Assembly: GCA_963517285.1 (NCBI GenBank)
Contig: CAUQDN010000001.1
Coordinates: 108,205-172,204 of the forward strand
Reading direction: 5' to 3'
DNA: 64,000 nt
DNA from: an uncultured Candidatus Saccharibacteria bacterium
GTDB lineage: Bacteria > Patescibacteriota > Saccharimonadia > Saccharimonadales > Saccharimonadaceae
Shown here: piece after piece, positions 48,169-56,896 of the stretch
Numbering within the stretch: position 1 is the stretch's first letter
Layout of the letters: each line of letters opens with the position of its first letter
The notes under the pieces: model-generated
What the model saw: the letters and a program-made list of their open reading frames with translations, nothing else
Database searches by the model: none
What the model was told of the DNA's origin: nothing
Translations under genes and position numbers: made by a program

Positions 48169-48774
48169 ATGAACCAAACAGGCTATCCACCCCACCCAGA
48201 ACCTTGGCCCAATGATGACAAATATGACCGCGAACTTTTAAAGAATGGTGATTCGCGTAATGTACTCGATAAATACCGTTACTGGAAGGTTGAAGCAATT
48301 AAAAATGACCTCGACGCGCTGCGTCTACCGTTAGAGATTGCTGTCGAAAATGTGAGTCGTGACTTTAATATGGGCACGATTATCCGCACTGCCAATGCAC
48401 TTAATGTTAATAAAGTACATATTATTGGGCGCCGCCAGTGGAACAAGCGGGGAGCGATGGTAACTGATGTATATATGAATATTGAGTATCACGCGTCCGT
48501 AGAGGTTTTTGCGGCTGCTATGGAGCAGGCTGGGCGGCATATTTTAGCGATTGACATTATTCCAGGCGCAGTACCACTCACACAGGCGGAGCTGCCCGCT
48601 AAGAGTGTCTTGGTGTTCGGGTCAGAAAAAGATGGGGTCAGCGAACAATTACAAAAGGTATCTGAAGAAATTATTCATATTGAGCAGTTCGGTTCGACAC
48701 GCTCGGTCAATGTGGGTGTGGCTGCGGGTATTGTCATGTATGAGTGGGTTCGAAGGAATATATTGACCCCCTAA
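48169..48774 (+). CDS. TrmH/SpoU-family RNA methyltransferase (second copy)
   Basis: DFNMGTIIRTANA, FGSEKDG, RSVNVGVAAGI. Confidence 0.9.
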   Translation: MNQTGYPPHPEPWPNDDKYDRELLKNGDSRNVLDKYRYWKVEAIKNDLDALRLPLEIAVENVSRDFNMGTIIRTANALNVNKVHIIGRRQWNKRGAMVTDVYMNIEYHASVEVFAAAMEQAGRHILAIDIIPGAVPLTQAELPAKSVLVFGSEKDGVSEQLQKVSEEIIHIEQFGSTRSVNVGVAAGIVMYEWVRRNILTP

Positions 48775-48797
48775 TTTACGCGTGTCATACTAGTACT

Positions 48798-49415
48798 ATG
48801 ACAGAGCTATTCGGTCGAACTAGTGCGGGCAGGGTGCACGTCTTGCGCCAGTCTTTCCGGCCGAGTCAACTACTTAAAGAATTAATTGAAAAACACGCGG
48901 GTCCATCTATTGGGCCCGATTTTATACTTCATTCAACAAAGCAGGTGCTGGTTGATAGTGTCGAATATTCAAGAGGCGAGTATCGAGAGCAAGACAAGCT
49001 GGTTCGGGAAGCTTTGAAAGAAATTGGCCGTGAACCATTAGTGATTGGAAATGCGACAATTCGGCTAGCCGGAATCAAACAGCCAATATCTGAAGATCGG
49101 GTTGTCACTATCCCAAAGAAATTAAGAGTCAACCTTTTCCCAGTGGACGATAGCCGGCTTGAACATTTAGCATCTCTTTTAGATATATATCCATCAGTTG
49201 GCCCGTCGGTGCCGCCGCCGCACCACTTATATATTGACTTACCCCTCACCCATATTCCAACGAGAGCTGAGATAGAACAGAGGGATCTTGAAATCAATCA
49301 AGATATGCAAAATAGGTCGAATCCACGACTTTTAGCAGCAACCGTGCTGCACGTCATGGCCTCGGAGTGGCCTCGAAATCTACGAACGCCGTCTTCAACT
49401 GAAGCTGCTTCGTAG
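48798..49415 (+). CDS. Hypothetical protein
   Basis: Open frame; ATG 48798 lies 6 nt after a CATACT -10-like box. Confidence 0.6.
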   Translation: MTELFGRTSAGRVHVLRQSFRPSQLLKELIEKHAGPSIGPDFILHSTKQVLVDSVEYSRGEYREQDKLVREALKEIGREPLVIGNATIRLAGIKQPISEDRVVTIPKKLRVNLFPVDDSRLEHLASLLDIYPSVGPSVPPPHHLYIDLPLTHIPTRAEIEQRDLEINQDMQNRSNPRLLAATVLHVMASEWPRNLRTPSSTEAAS

Positions 49416-49471
49416 TATTTTTCATCTTAATTACTTGTTTGTACCCCTTAACCATGCGAGAATAGGGACAT

Positions 49472-50764
49472 ATGACAGCACTATCATCACAGCCGTATAA
49501 AGGCACGCGCGACTACTATCCTGAAGATAAGCGAGTACAAAATTATATTTTTGAAACCTGGAAGCGGGTTGTTGAGCGTTTCGGCTATGAAGAATACGGT
49601 GCGCCAATTCTTGAAAACCTGGAGATTTACGCGGCAAAAAGTGGCCAAGAACTCGTAAATGAACAAACGTACACCTTCACTGACCGTGGCGGTCGCACTG
49701 TTGCAATTCGCCCAGAGATGACTCCATCAATCAGCCGTATGGTTGCCGCGCGTCGTCAGGAATTAGCATACCCAGCACGGCTCTTCTCGATTGCTAACTT
49801 TATGCGATACGAGCGCCCACAACGTGGCCGTGAGCGTGAGTTTTGGCAGCTTAACGTCGATGTATTTGGCGTCGATGCAATTTCAGCAGATGTCGAAATT
49901 ATTACTATCGCGGATTCTATCTTGAAAGAATTTGGCGCCCAAGCTGGTGATTATATTATTCGTGTTAATAATCGTAAATTCATTCACTATATGATGGCTG
50001 AGTATCTTGGCCTCGATATTACTGCTGCTCAGCAGATGACAAAGCTCTTCGACCGTCGCGGAAAAATTACCGAGCAAGACTTTGACGAACAAGCGCTCCT
50101 TATTTTAGGTGACACCCAAACCGAAGATTTGACAAAGATAAAGCAAATTCTTGACGCAAAAGATATTGCATCGCTTCCTGAAGGGCTGCAACACGCGTCA
50201 GCACTTGATGAGATCAAGGCGGTCTTCGATGGACTTAAATCAGCAGGCGTTGACGGCGCAGTCTTTGATGCAACTCTGATGCGCGGCCTCGATTACTATA
50301 CCGGTACCGTCTTTGAAGTATTTGATACTCATCCAGATAATAACCGTTCGCTCTTTGGGGGTGGTCGCTACGATGGTCTCGTTGGCCTTTTTGGAGCCGA
50401 GCCTATTAGCGCTGTTGGTATGGCTCCAGGTAACACCATGATTGAAAACTTCCTAGACGTTCACGGGCTGCTTCCTGCCAATGCGTCGAAAACTGATGTT
50501 TATGTCGTTGTTATTAATGAGGCACTTGACGGCGCACTTAAGGTAGCTGCCCAGCTGCGCCATGCCGGCTTTAATGTAGAAATCGATATTACGGGACGAA
50601 AACTCGATAAGCAAATTAAGACAGCGGTAAAAAAGAATATCCCATACCTCTTATTTGTAGGTCCTCAAGACGTCGAGACGGGTGAGTACTCACTGAAGAA
50701 TGTTGAGTCTGAAACCGAGGCGAAGCTTACGGTTGAACAAATCGCCGAAAAGCTCCAAGGCTAG
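49472..50764 (+). CDS. hisS: Histidine--tRNA ligase
   Basis: RPEMT, RYERPQRGR.REF.Q, RGLDYYTG, GGGRYD. Confidence 0.97.
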   Translation: MTALSSQPYKGTRDYYPEDKRVQNYIFETWKRVVERFGYEEYGAPILENLEIYAAKSGQELVNEQTYTFTDRGGRTVAIRPEMTPSISRMVAARRQELAYPARLFSIANFMRYERPQRGREREFWQLNVDVFGVDAISADVEIITIADSILKEFGAQAGDYIIRVNNRKFIHYMMAEYLGLDITAAQQMTKLFDRRGKITEQDFDEQALLILGDTQTEDLTKIKQILDAKDIASLPEGLQHASALDEIKAVFDGLKSAGVDGAVFDATLMRGLDYYTGTVFEVFDTHPDNNRSLFGGGRYDGLVGLFGAEPISAVGMAPGNTMIENFLDVHGLLPANASKTDVYVVVINEALDGALKVAAQLRHAGFNVEIDITGRKLDKQIKTAVKKNIPYLLFVGPQDVETGEYSLKNVESETEAKLTVEQIAEKLQG

Positions 50765-50812
50765 TCGTCGGATTTGTCAGTTACTTTCACCTCTGTTATA
50801 CTAGAAAGTAAT

Positions 50813-52117
50813 ATGAAGACGACTGTAAAAAACCTATCCGAGACCAAAGTTGAAGTAACTATTACGCTTGATGCAAAAGAACTTTCTGACGCTGAGCAAG
50901 TTGCTGTAACGAAGCTAAGTAAAACTGTTAAAGTTCCTGGCTTTCGTGAAGGCAAAGTACCTGCAAGCGTCGCTGCAAAGCACGTAAACCCACAAGCACT
51001 TCAAGAACAACTTCTTGACGATGCTATTAGTAAGGCAATTGCCGAAGCTTTCTTATCTGAAAAAATTCAAGCACTCGACCGTCCAGCTGTTGATGTAAAG
51101 AAATATGTTCCTAGTGAACTCCTTGAGTTCGTCGCTGAGGTTGAAGTGCTACCTCCAGTAACCCTTGGTGACTACAAGAAGCTTACGAAGAAAGCTGAAA
51201 AAGTATCAGTAACCGATGAAGAAGTAACCGACGTGATTGAGCGCATGCGCCAAGGCTTCGCTGAAAAGAAAGATGTTGAACGTGCCGCAAAAGATGGTGA
51301 TGAAACGGTAATCGACTTTGTTGGCAAGAAAGACGATGTTCCATTCGATGGCGGTACTGGTACTGACTACACCTTAAAACTTGGTTCAAACCAATTTATT
51401 CCTGGATTTGAAGAGGGTATTGTTGGTCATAAAGCAGGTGAGACATTTGATCTAACCCTCACATTCCCTGACGATTACCACGCCAAAGACCTTGCAGGCC
51501 AAGAAGTTGTCTTCACAACTACTCTAAAGAAGGTAATTGAGCTGGTCCTTCCTGAAGCGGGCGACGAACTCGCTAAAAAAGCCGGCACTTTTGAAACGCT
51601 TGATGAACTTAAAGAAGACATCAAACGTGAAATTACGACTCAAAAAGAAAACGAAGCAGCTAATAAACTTAAAGACGATCTTATTGAAGAGCTGATTGAA
51701 AAGAGCACCGTTCCAGCACCTGAGGTGCTCGTAGCTGACCAAATGCGTTCAATTGAGCAAGACTTCGCTCAAAACCTTATGTACCGTGGTCTCGATCTCC
51801 ACACGTACCTTGAAGCAAACAACTTTAAAGACGAAGATGACTGGCGCGAAAAGGAAGTCAAGCCTGCTGCAACTCGCCGTACTCAAGCCGGTCTTGTTCT
51901 TAATGAACTTACCAAAGCTGAAAACATTACCGCAACCGACGCTGAAATTGACGAACACGTAGAAGTTCACAAGCGCCAGTATGTGAACAACCCAGAAGTA
52001 CTGAAGCAATTTGAAACACCAGAAGTTCGCCGTGACATTGCGAACCACTACGTTACCGAAAAGGCAATCGAACGCCTTGTTGAACTTAACGGTGGTAAAG
52101 TAACTCCTCACAACTAA
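50813..52117 (+). CDS. tig: Trigger factor
   Basis: [14 protein letters not shown] domain (FIPGFEEG); start placed at ATG 50813. Confidence 0.95.
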   Translation: MKTTVKNLSETKVEVTITLDAKELSDAEQVAVTKLSKTVKVPGFREGKVPASVAAKHVNPQALQEQLLDDAISKAIAEAFLSEKIQALDRPAVDVKKYVPSELLEFVAEVEVLPPVTLGDYKKLTKKAEKVSVTDEEVTDVIERMRQGFAEKKDVERAAKDGDETVIDFVGKKDDVPFDGGTGTDYTLKLGSNQFIPGFEEGIVGHKAGETFDLTLTFPDDYHAKDLAGQEVVFTTTLKKVIELVLPEAGDELAKKAGTFETLDELKEDIKREITTQKENEAANKLKDDLIEELIEKSTVPAPEVLVADQMRSIEQDFAQNLMYRGLDLHTYLEANNFKDEDDWREKEVKPAATRRTQAGLVLNELTKAENITATDAEIDEHVEVHKRQYVNNPEVLKQFETPEVRRDIANHYVTEKAIERLVELNGGKVTPHN

Positions 52118-52135
52118 TCAAGCGATATGACAAAA

Positions 52136-52162
52136 TTAGCACTCCCTTGACGAGAGTGCTAA
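52136..52162. promoter_or_regulatory. CIRCE operator (HrcA site) overlapping the clpP promoter
   Basis: Exact TTAGCACTC-N9-GAGTGCTAA; TTGACG within the spacer, TACAAT at 52171-52176. Confidence 0.93.
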
Positions 52163-52200
52163 TTTTTATGTACAATAAAAGACATAAAGAGGTATATGGT

Positions 52201-52797
52201 ATGAGTAATCCTAAAAACTATTTGGTTCCGACAGTTATTGAAAAGTCGCATGACGGTGAACGTGCATTTGATATTTATTCACGTCTATTAAAAGATCGCA
52301 TTATTTTCTTAGGTGAAGAGGTGAATGAGCACACCGCTAATATTGTGATTGCGCAGTTGCTTTACCTTGCGTATGAAGACCCAAAGAAAGATATTAAGCT
52401 ATATATCAACAGCCCGGGCGGTAGTGTTTATGATGGGCTTGGCATTTACGACACTATTCAATTTATTCAACCCGACGTACAAACAATCGGCATTGGACTA
52501 CAGGCAAGTATGGGGGCATTCCTGCTCTCAAGCGGCACAAAAGGAAAGCGCTTCGCACTACCAAACAGCCGTATTATGATTCACCAGCCATCAAGCGGTA
52601 CGCAAGGTAAGATTAGTGACCAAGAAATTACGCTGCGTGAAGGCCTGTTCCTTAAGCAAAAGCTGAATGAAATTCTTGCTAAAAACACCGGACAGAAGCT
52701 GAGTAAAATTGAAAAAGACGCTGACCGCGATTTCTGGATGAGTGCTAAAGAAGCCAAAGACTATGGCTTGATCGATGAAATCATTGAAAAATCGTAA
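52201..52797 (+). CDS. clpP: ATP-dependent Clp protease proteolytic subunit
   Basis: [33 protein letters not shown]. Confidence 0.97.
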   Translation: MSNPKNYLVPTVIEKSHDGERAFDIYSRLLKDRIIFLGEEVNEHTANIVIAQLLYLAYEDPKKDIKLYINSPGGSVYDGLGIYDTIQFIQPDVQTIGIGLQASMGAFLLSSGTKGKRFALPNSRIMIHQPSSGTQGKISDQEITLREGLFLKQKLNEILAKNTGQKLSKIEKDADRDFWMSAKEAKDYGLIDEIIEKS

Positions 52798-52811
52798 AAA
52801 AGTTGTATAGT
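52784..52811 (+). promoter_or_regulatory. Sigma70-type promoter for the high-GC cassette
   Basis: TTGAAA (52784-52789), 16-nt spacer, TATAGT (52806-52811); the -35 lies inside the clpP 3' end. Confidence 0.6.
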
Positions 52812-52861
52812 TTAACAAGGTCGTCTTGACCCTAGTAGCATCATTCATGCAAGGGGGAATC

Positions 52862-53188
52862 ATGCAGTACGGCGGATTTGTTTGGGCGTTTGTCATCCTC
52901 TCTGTGATGTTGTTCCTGGCCGCGAACTTCAGCTTCGCGAACAAGGACGAGGTCGATCACGGCCTCGTGCCGTCACGTCGGAACGAGTACTGGGCGCTGT
53001 TCTTCTTCCTGATGGCGCTGAGTGTGCCTCTCATGGTGATCGAGCTCTACACGGGCGTCTCCATCCTGCAGTACCTGACGTGGTGGTCCACTCTGACGTG
53101 GATCTCGGGCGTATCGCTGCTCTTCTGGATGAACCGCCTGGCTATCACCTTCGTGGTGAAGGCGAGCGACAGCTTCGTTCACGAGTAG
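52862..53188 (+). CDS. Small 3-TM membrane protein with strongly atypical high-GC3 codon usage
   Basis: AAGGGGGAATC-ATG SD; 94 of 108 codons end in G/C (hand count); three hydrophobic segments. Confidence 0.8.
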   Translation: MQYGGFVWAFVILSVMLFLAANFSFANKDEVDHGLVPSRRNEYWALFFFLMALSVPLMVIELYTGVSILQYLTWWSTLTWISGVSLLFWMNRLAITFVVKASDSFVHE

Positions 53189-53252
53189 GTGACCTTCTGC
53201 GTGTGACAGAATAAGACGGGGTGGAATTGATTTTCCGAACCGTCATCACACA

Positions 53253-53303
53253 GCTTTCATTACCTGAGCGGGTAATCTGATGAGTCCAAAAGGACGAAAA
53301 GGC
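53253..53303 (+). ncRNA. Hammerhead ribozyme, type III
   Basis: GCUUUC^ AUUACC-UGAGCG-GGUAAU CUGAUGA GUCC-AAAA-GGAC GAAA AGGC: complete core, stems I, II, III; predicted cleavage after C53258 (UUC triplet). Confidence 0.92.
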
Positions 53304-53334
53304 GAAAATAGTTGAAAAACACCTATAATATCTC

Positions 53335-53363
53335 TTGATTTATTGGGATAAAAGTCGCATAAT
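53335..53363 (+). promoter_or_regulatory. Putative rpoB promoter
   Basis: TTGATT-17 nt-CATAAT. Confidence 0.55.
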
Positions 53364-53531
53364 GGCTACTAAGAAGTAGTGTAGCCCTGGTTATCTATGC
53401 CGTTAAATTGGTGGGATATATCGTTGAAGAGGATGTGGCAGTCCCACTTCAACCCAGAGGTTAAGGGAATCTTCGGCGCCAAAGAAACCCCCAATATCAA
53501 ACCCCATAATTAACTGCGAGGTCCATTATTT

Positions 53532-56500
53532 ATGGCAAGTACTAAAAGTACGAACACTAAGCGTGTGTTTTTCACTAGTGACGACACAGCGCTTTCACTA
53601 CCAAACTTAATTCAACATCAACGCGATAGCTGGAAAGAATTTGTCGAGACTGGTCTCGGTGAAATCTTTGCAGAACTCAATCCAATCGATGACTACACCG
53701 GCCAAAAGCTGGCGCTTCGTTTTGGTAAGTACGCGTTTCAGGAGCCAAAAGTTTCAGAAGTTTTCGCAAAAGAAAACAATGTGACTTTTGATGCTCCGCT
53801 TCATGCTATCGTTGAGCTTACCAACAAGGTAACCGGCGAAGTAAAAGAGCAGGAAATCTACCTTGGTGACTACCCATGGATGACCGACCGCGGTACATTC
53901 ATCATTAACGGTACTGAGCGTGTGGTTGTTTCTCAACTTATCCGTTCTGCTGGTGTATTCTTCACCGCCGACCGTGCAGCAAGTCGTAGCTACTACGGTG
54001 CGAAGCTTATTCCGGGCCGTGGCGCATGGCTCGAGTTTGAGACTGCTTCAAACGGTGCTATCTACGTTAAAATCGACCGTCGTCGTAAACTGCCTGTAAC
54101 GACACTTTTCCGCGCACTCGGTTACAACAAGACCTCAGAAATTAAAGACCTCTTTGCTGACATCGACACCGGTGAAGTAAAGTATCTCGACGCAACTCTT
54201 GAAAAAGACCCAGCTCGTGGCACTAATGAAGCTCTTATTGAAGTCTATCGCCGTCTCCGTCCAGGTGACCTCGCAACCGTTGATAACGCGCGTTCGATGA
54301 TCGAGCGTATGTTCTTCGACTTCAAGCGCTTCGACTACAGCCGTGTTGGCCGTTACAAGCTTAACCAACGTCTTGGTCTTGAAGTAGCTAACACTACTGA
54401 AAACCGCGTATTCCAAGTTTCTGACCTTATTGCTATCGTTCGCGAAGTGATCCGTCTTAACAACACTCAAGAAGAACCAGACGACATCGACGCACTTTCA
54501 AACCGTCGCGTCAAGCTCGTTGGTGAACTTGTAGCTCGTCAGTTCCGCGTTGGTATGCTCCGTATGCAACGTAACGCTATGGACCGTATGAGCATGAGCG
54601 ACCTTGAAACTGTGAGCCCATCTCAACTCATTAACGCTCGCCCAGTAGTTGCTGCAGTTCGTGAATTCTTCGCAAGCTCACAACTTTCACAACTTATGGA
54701 TGAGACTAACCCAATGGCAGAACTTGCTCACAAGCGTCGCCTTTCATCAATGGGTCCTGGTGGTCTTTCTCGTGAACGCGCCGGCTTCGACGTGCGTGAC
54801 GCCCACCCAACTCATTACGGTCGTCTTTGTGCCGTAGAAACTCCAGAAGGTGCGAACATTGGTCTTGTGCTTAACCTTGCGTCATATGCTCGTATTAACG
54901 AGTACGGATTCATCGAGACTCCATACCTCAAGGTTGAAAACGGTAAGGTGACTGACGAAGTTATCTACCTCGATGCTTCACAAGAAGCTCTCGAAGTGAT
55001 TGCTGACGCCGGCGTTGAACTTAATGAAGACGGTACTTTCAAAGAAGAGCGTGTATCTGCTCGTAACGGTCTGCTCCCAGAGCAAGTTGACGTTGCTGAA
55101 GTTACCCTCATGGACGCAGCCCACAAGCAAATCCTTGGTGCAACTGCCGCCCTCGTGCCATTCGTAGAGAAGAACCGTGTTGACCGTTCATTGATGGCCG
55201 CAAGCATGCAGAAGCAAGCTGTGCCTCTTCTTCAGCCTCAATCTCCAACTGTTGGTACTGGTATTGAAGAGGAAATCGCTCGTAACACCAGCCAGCTCGT
55301 CGTTGCTGAAGGTGACGGTGAGGTTATTCGCGCCGACGGTAATGCAGTTGAAGTGAAGTACAAAGAAGGTGTGAAGACCTACGAACCAGTTCACTTTGTT
55401 AAGTCAAACGATGACCGTTCAATCAACCAAAAAGTTTGTGTTGTTCGTGGTCAAAAGGTTAAGGCTGGCGACATTCTTATTGAAGGTGCTTCAGTTGCTG
55501 ACGGTGAAATCGCCCTAGGTAAGGACCTTCTCGTAGCTTTCATGCCATGGAACGGGTACAACATGGATGACGCGATCGTGCTTTCACGCAAACTCGTTGA
55601 AGACGACACACTTACAAGCGTAAACATCAAGGACTACACAGTTGAAGTTCGTGAAACTAAGCTTGGTCCAGAAATCGTCACTCGTGACATCCCGAACGTT
55701 TCAGAAGAGTCACTTCGTCACCTCGACGAAAATGGTATCGTTCAACTTGGTTCAGAAGTTAAGGCTGGCGACGTGCTCGTTGGTAAGATTACTCCAAAGG
55801 GTGAGCAAGAGCTCAGCTCTGAGGAACGTCTGCTTCGTGCAATCTTCGGTGAAAAGGCTAAGGATGTTCGTGACACCTCACAACGTATGAACAATGCTGG
55901 TGGTGGTAAGGTAGTTGGCGTTAAGATCTTTAGCCGTGAAAACGGTCACGAACTTAAGGCTGGTGTCCTTATGCAAATTCAAATCTTCGTTGCTCAATTC
56001 CGTAAGATCTCAGTAGGTGACAAGCTTGCTGGTCGTCACGGTAACAAGGGTGTTGTGGCTCGTATTCTCCCTGCAGAAGACATGCCATTCCTCGAAGACG
56101 GTACTCCAGTTGACGTGGTGCTTAACCCACTCGGTGTGCCAAGCCGTATGAACATTGGTCAGCTCTTTGAGACTCACCTTGGTATGGCAGCTCGCGCACT
56201 TGGTTACAAGGTTGCGACCCCTCCATTTAACGGTATTCCAGACGCAGTGATCTCTGACGAGCTTGAAAAAGCTGGCTTTGCTCGCGATGGTAAGAGTCAA
56301 CTCTTCGATGGCCGTACTGGAGAACCATTTGAAGAACGAACTACTGTTGGTGTGATGCACATGCTTAAGCTTCACCACATGGTTTCTGACAAGATTCACG
56401 CCCGTTCAACTGGTCCTTACACTATGGTGACCCAACAGCCACTCGGTGGTAAGGCACAAAACGGTGGTCAGCGCTTCGGTGAGATGGAGGTGTGGGCACT

Positions 56501-56894
56501 TGAAGCATATGGCGCTGCTGCAACACTTCAAGAAATGCTTACTATTAAGTCTGACGACGTGTACGGTCGTGCTAAAGCGTACGAATCAATCATTAAGGAC
56601 GAACCAATTGTCGGTCCAAAACTTCCTGAGTCATTCAATGTCCTCGTAAAGGAACTTCAAGGTCTCGGTCTTCGTGTTGACCTAATGGACGAATCAGAAG
56701 ATGCGATTGTCGACGCTGAACATGTCATTGGTAGTGTTATCAACGGCCAGCCAGTCGCTGCGTCTGAGGTAGACCTTGGTGATGAAGTAGAAACAATTCT
56801 CGATGAAGCCGATGCTGAAATGGACGATCTTGATAAAGACGGTCTAAGTATCCAAGATATCGATGAAGTAGAAGAAATTAAGGAGGAGGCGTAA
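53532..56894 (+). CDS. rpoB: RNA polymerase beta subunit
   Basis: FIINGTERVVVSQL, GDKLAGRHGNKG, GGQRFGEMEVWALE. Confidence 0.99.
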   Translation: MASTKSTNTKRVFFTSDDTALSLPNLIQHQRDSWKEFVETGLGEIFAELNPIDDYTGQKLALRFGKYAFQEPKVSEVFAKENNVTFDAPLHAIVELTNKVTGEVKEQEIYLGDYPWMTDRGTFIINGTERVVVSQLIRSAGVFFTADRAASRSYYGAKLIPGRGAWLEFETASNGAIYVKIDRRRKLPVTTLFRALGYNKTSEIKDLFADIDTGEVKYLDATLEKDPARGTNEALIEVYRRLRPGDLATVDNARSMIERMFFDFKRFDYSRVGRYKLNQRLGLEVANTTENRVFQVSDLIAIVREVIRLNNTQEEPDDIDALSNRRVKLVGELVARQFRVGMLRMQRNAMDRMSMSDLETVSPSQLINARPVVAAVREFFASSQLSQLMDETNPMAELAHKRRLSSMGPGGLSRERAGFDVRDAHPTHYGRLCAVETPEGANIGLVLNLASYARINEYGFIETPYLKVENGKVTDEVIYLDASQEALEVIADAGVELNEDGTFKEERVSARNGLLPEQVDVAEVTLMDAAHKQILGATAALVPFVEKNRVDRSLMAASMQKQAVPLLQPQSPTVGTGIEEEIARNTSQLVVAEGDGEVIRADGNAVEVKYKEGVKTYEPVHFVKSNDDRSINQKVCVVRGQKVKAGDILIEGASVADGEIALGKDLLVAFMPWNGYNMDDAIVLSRKLVEDDTLTSVNIKDYTVEVRETKLGPEIVTRDIPNVSEESLRHLDENGIVQLGSEVKAGDVLVGKITPKGEQELSSEERLLRAIFGEKAKDVRDTSQRMNNAGGGKVVGVKIFSRENGHELKAGVLMQIQIFVAQFRKISVGDKLAGRHGNKGVVARILPAEDMPFLEDGTPVDVVLNPLGVPSRMNIGQLFETHLGMAARALGYKVATPPFNGIPDAVISDELEKAGFARDGKSQLFDGRTGEPFEERTTVGVMHMLKLHHMVSDKIHARSTGPYTMVTQQPLGGKAQNGGQRFGEMEVWALEAYGAAATLQEMLTIKSDDVYGRAKAYESIIKDEPIVGPKLPESFNVLVKELQGLGLRVDLMDESEDAIVDAEHVIGSVINGQPVAASEVDLGDEVETILDEADAEMDDLDKDGLSIQDIDEVEEIKEEA

Positions 56895-56896
56895 AC

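Noticed and set aside
47015..49415. Integrative island at tRNA-Leu(CAG)
   Set aside because: No integrase and no duplicated tRNA 3' end downstream.
48798..49415. 2H phosphoesterase assignment (HST and PHHLYI)
   Set aside because: The second motif lacks HxT/S and the similarity is too weak to call without a profile search.
52790..52862. Second ribozyme at the 5' side of the cassette (retrozyme or circular RNA layout)
   Set aside because: No second CUGAnGA/GAAA core with flanking stems is visible by eye on either strand; a covariance search is needed to exclude other ribozyme classes.
52882..53214. Alternative ORFs 52882..53214 (+) and 52973..53182 (-)
   Set aside because: By-products of high GC; only the 52862 frame has an SD, third-position GC bias and a coherent TM pattern.
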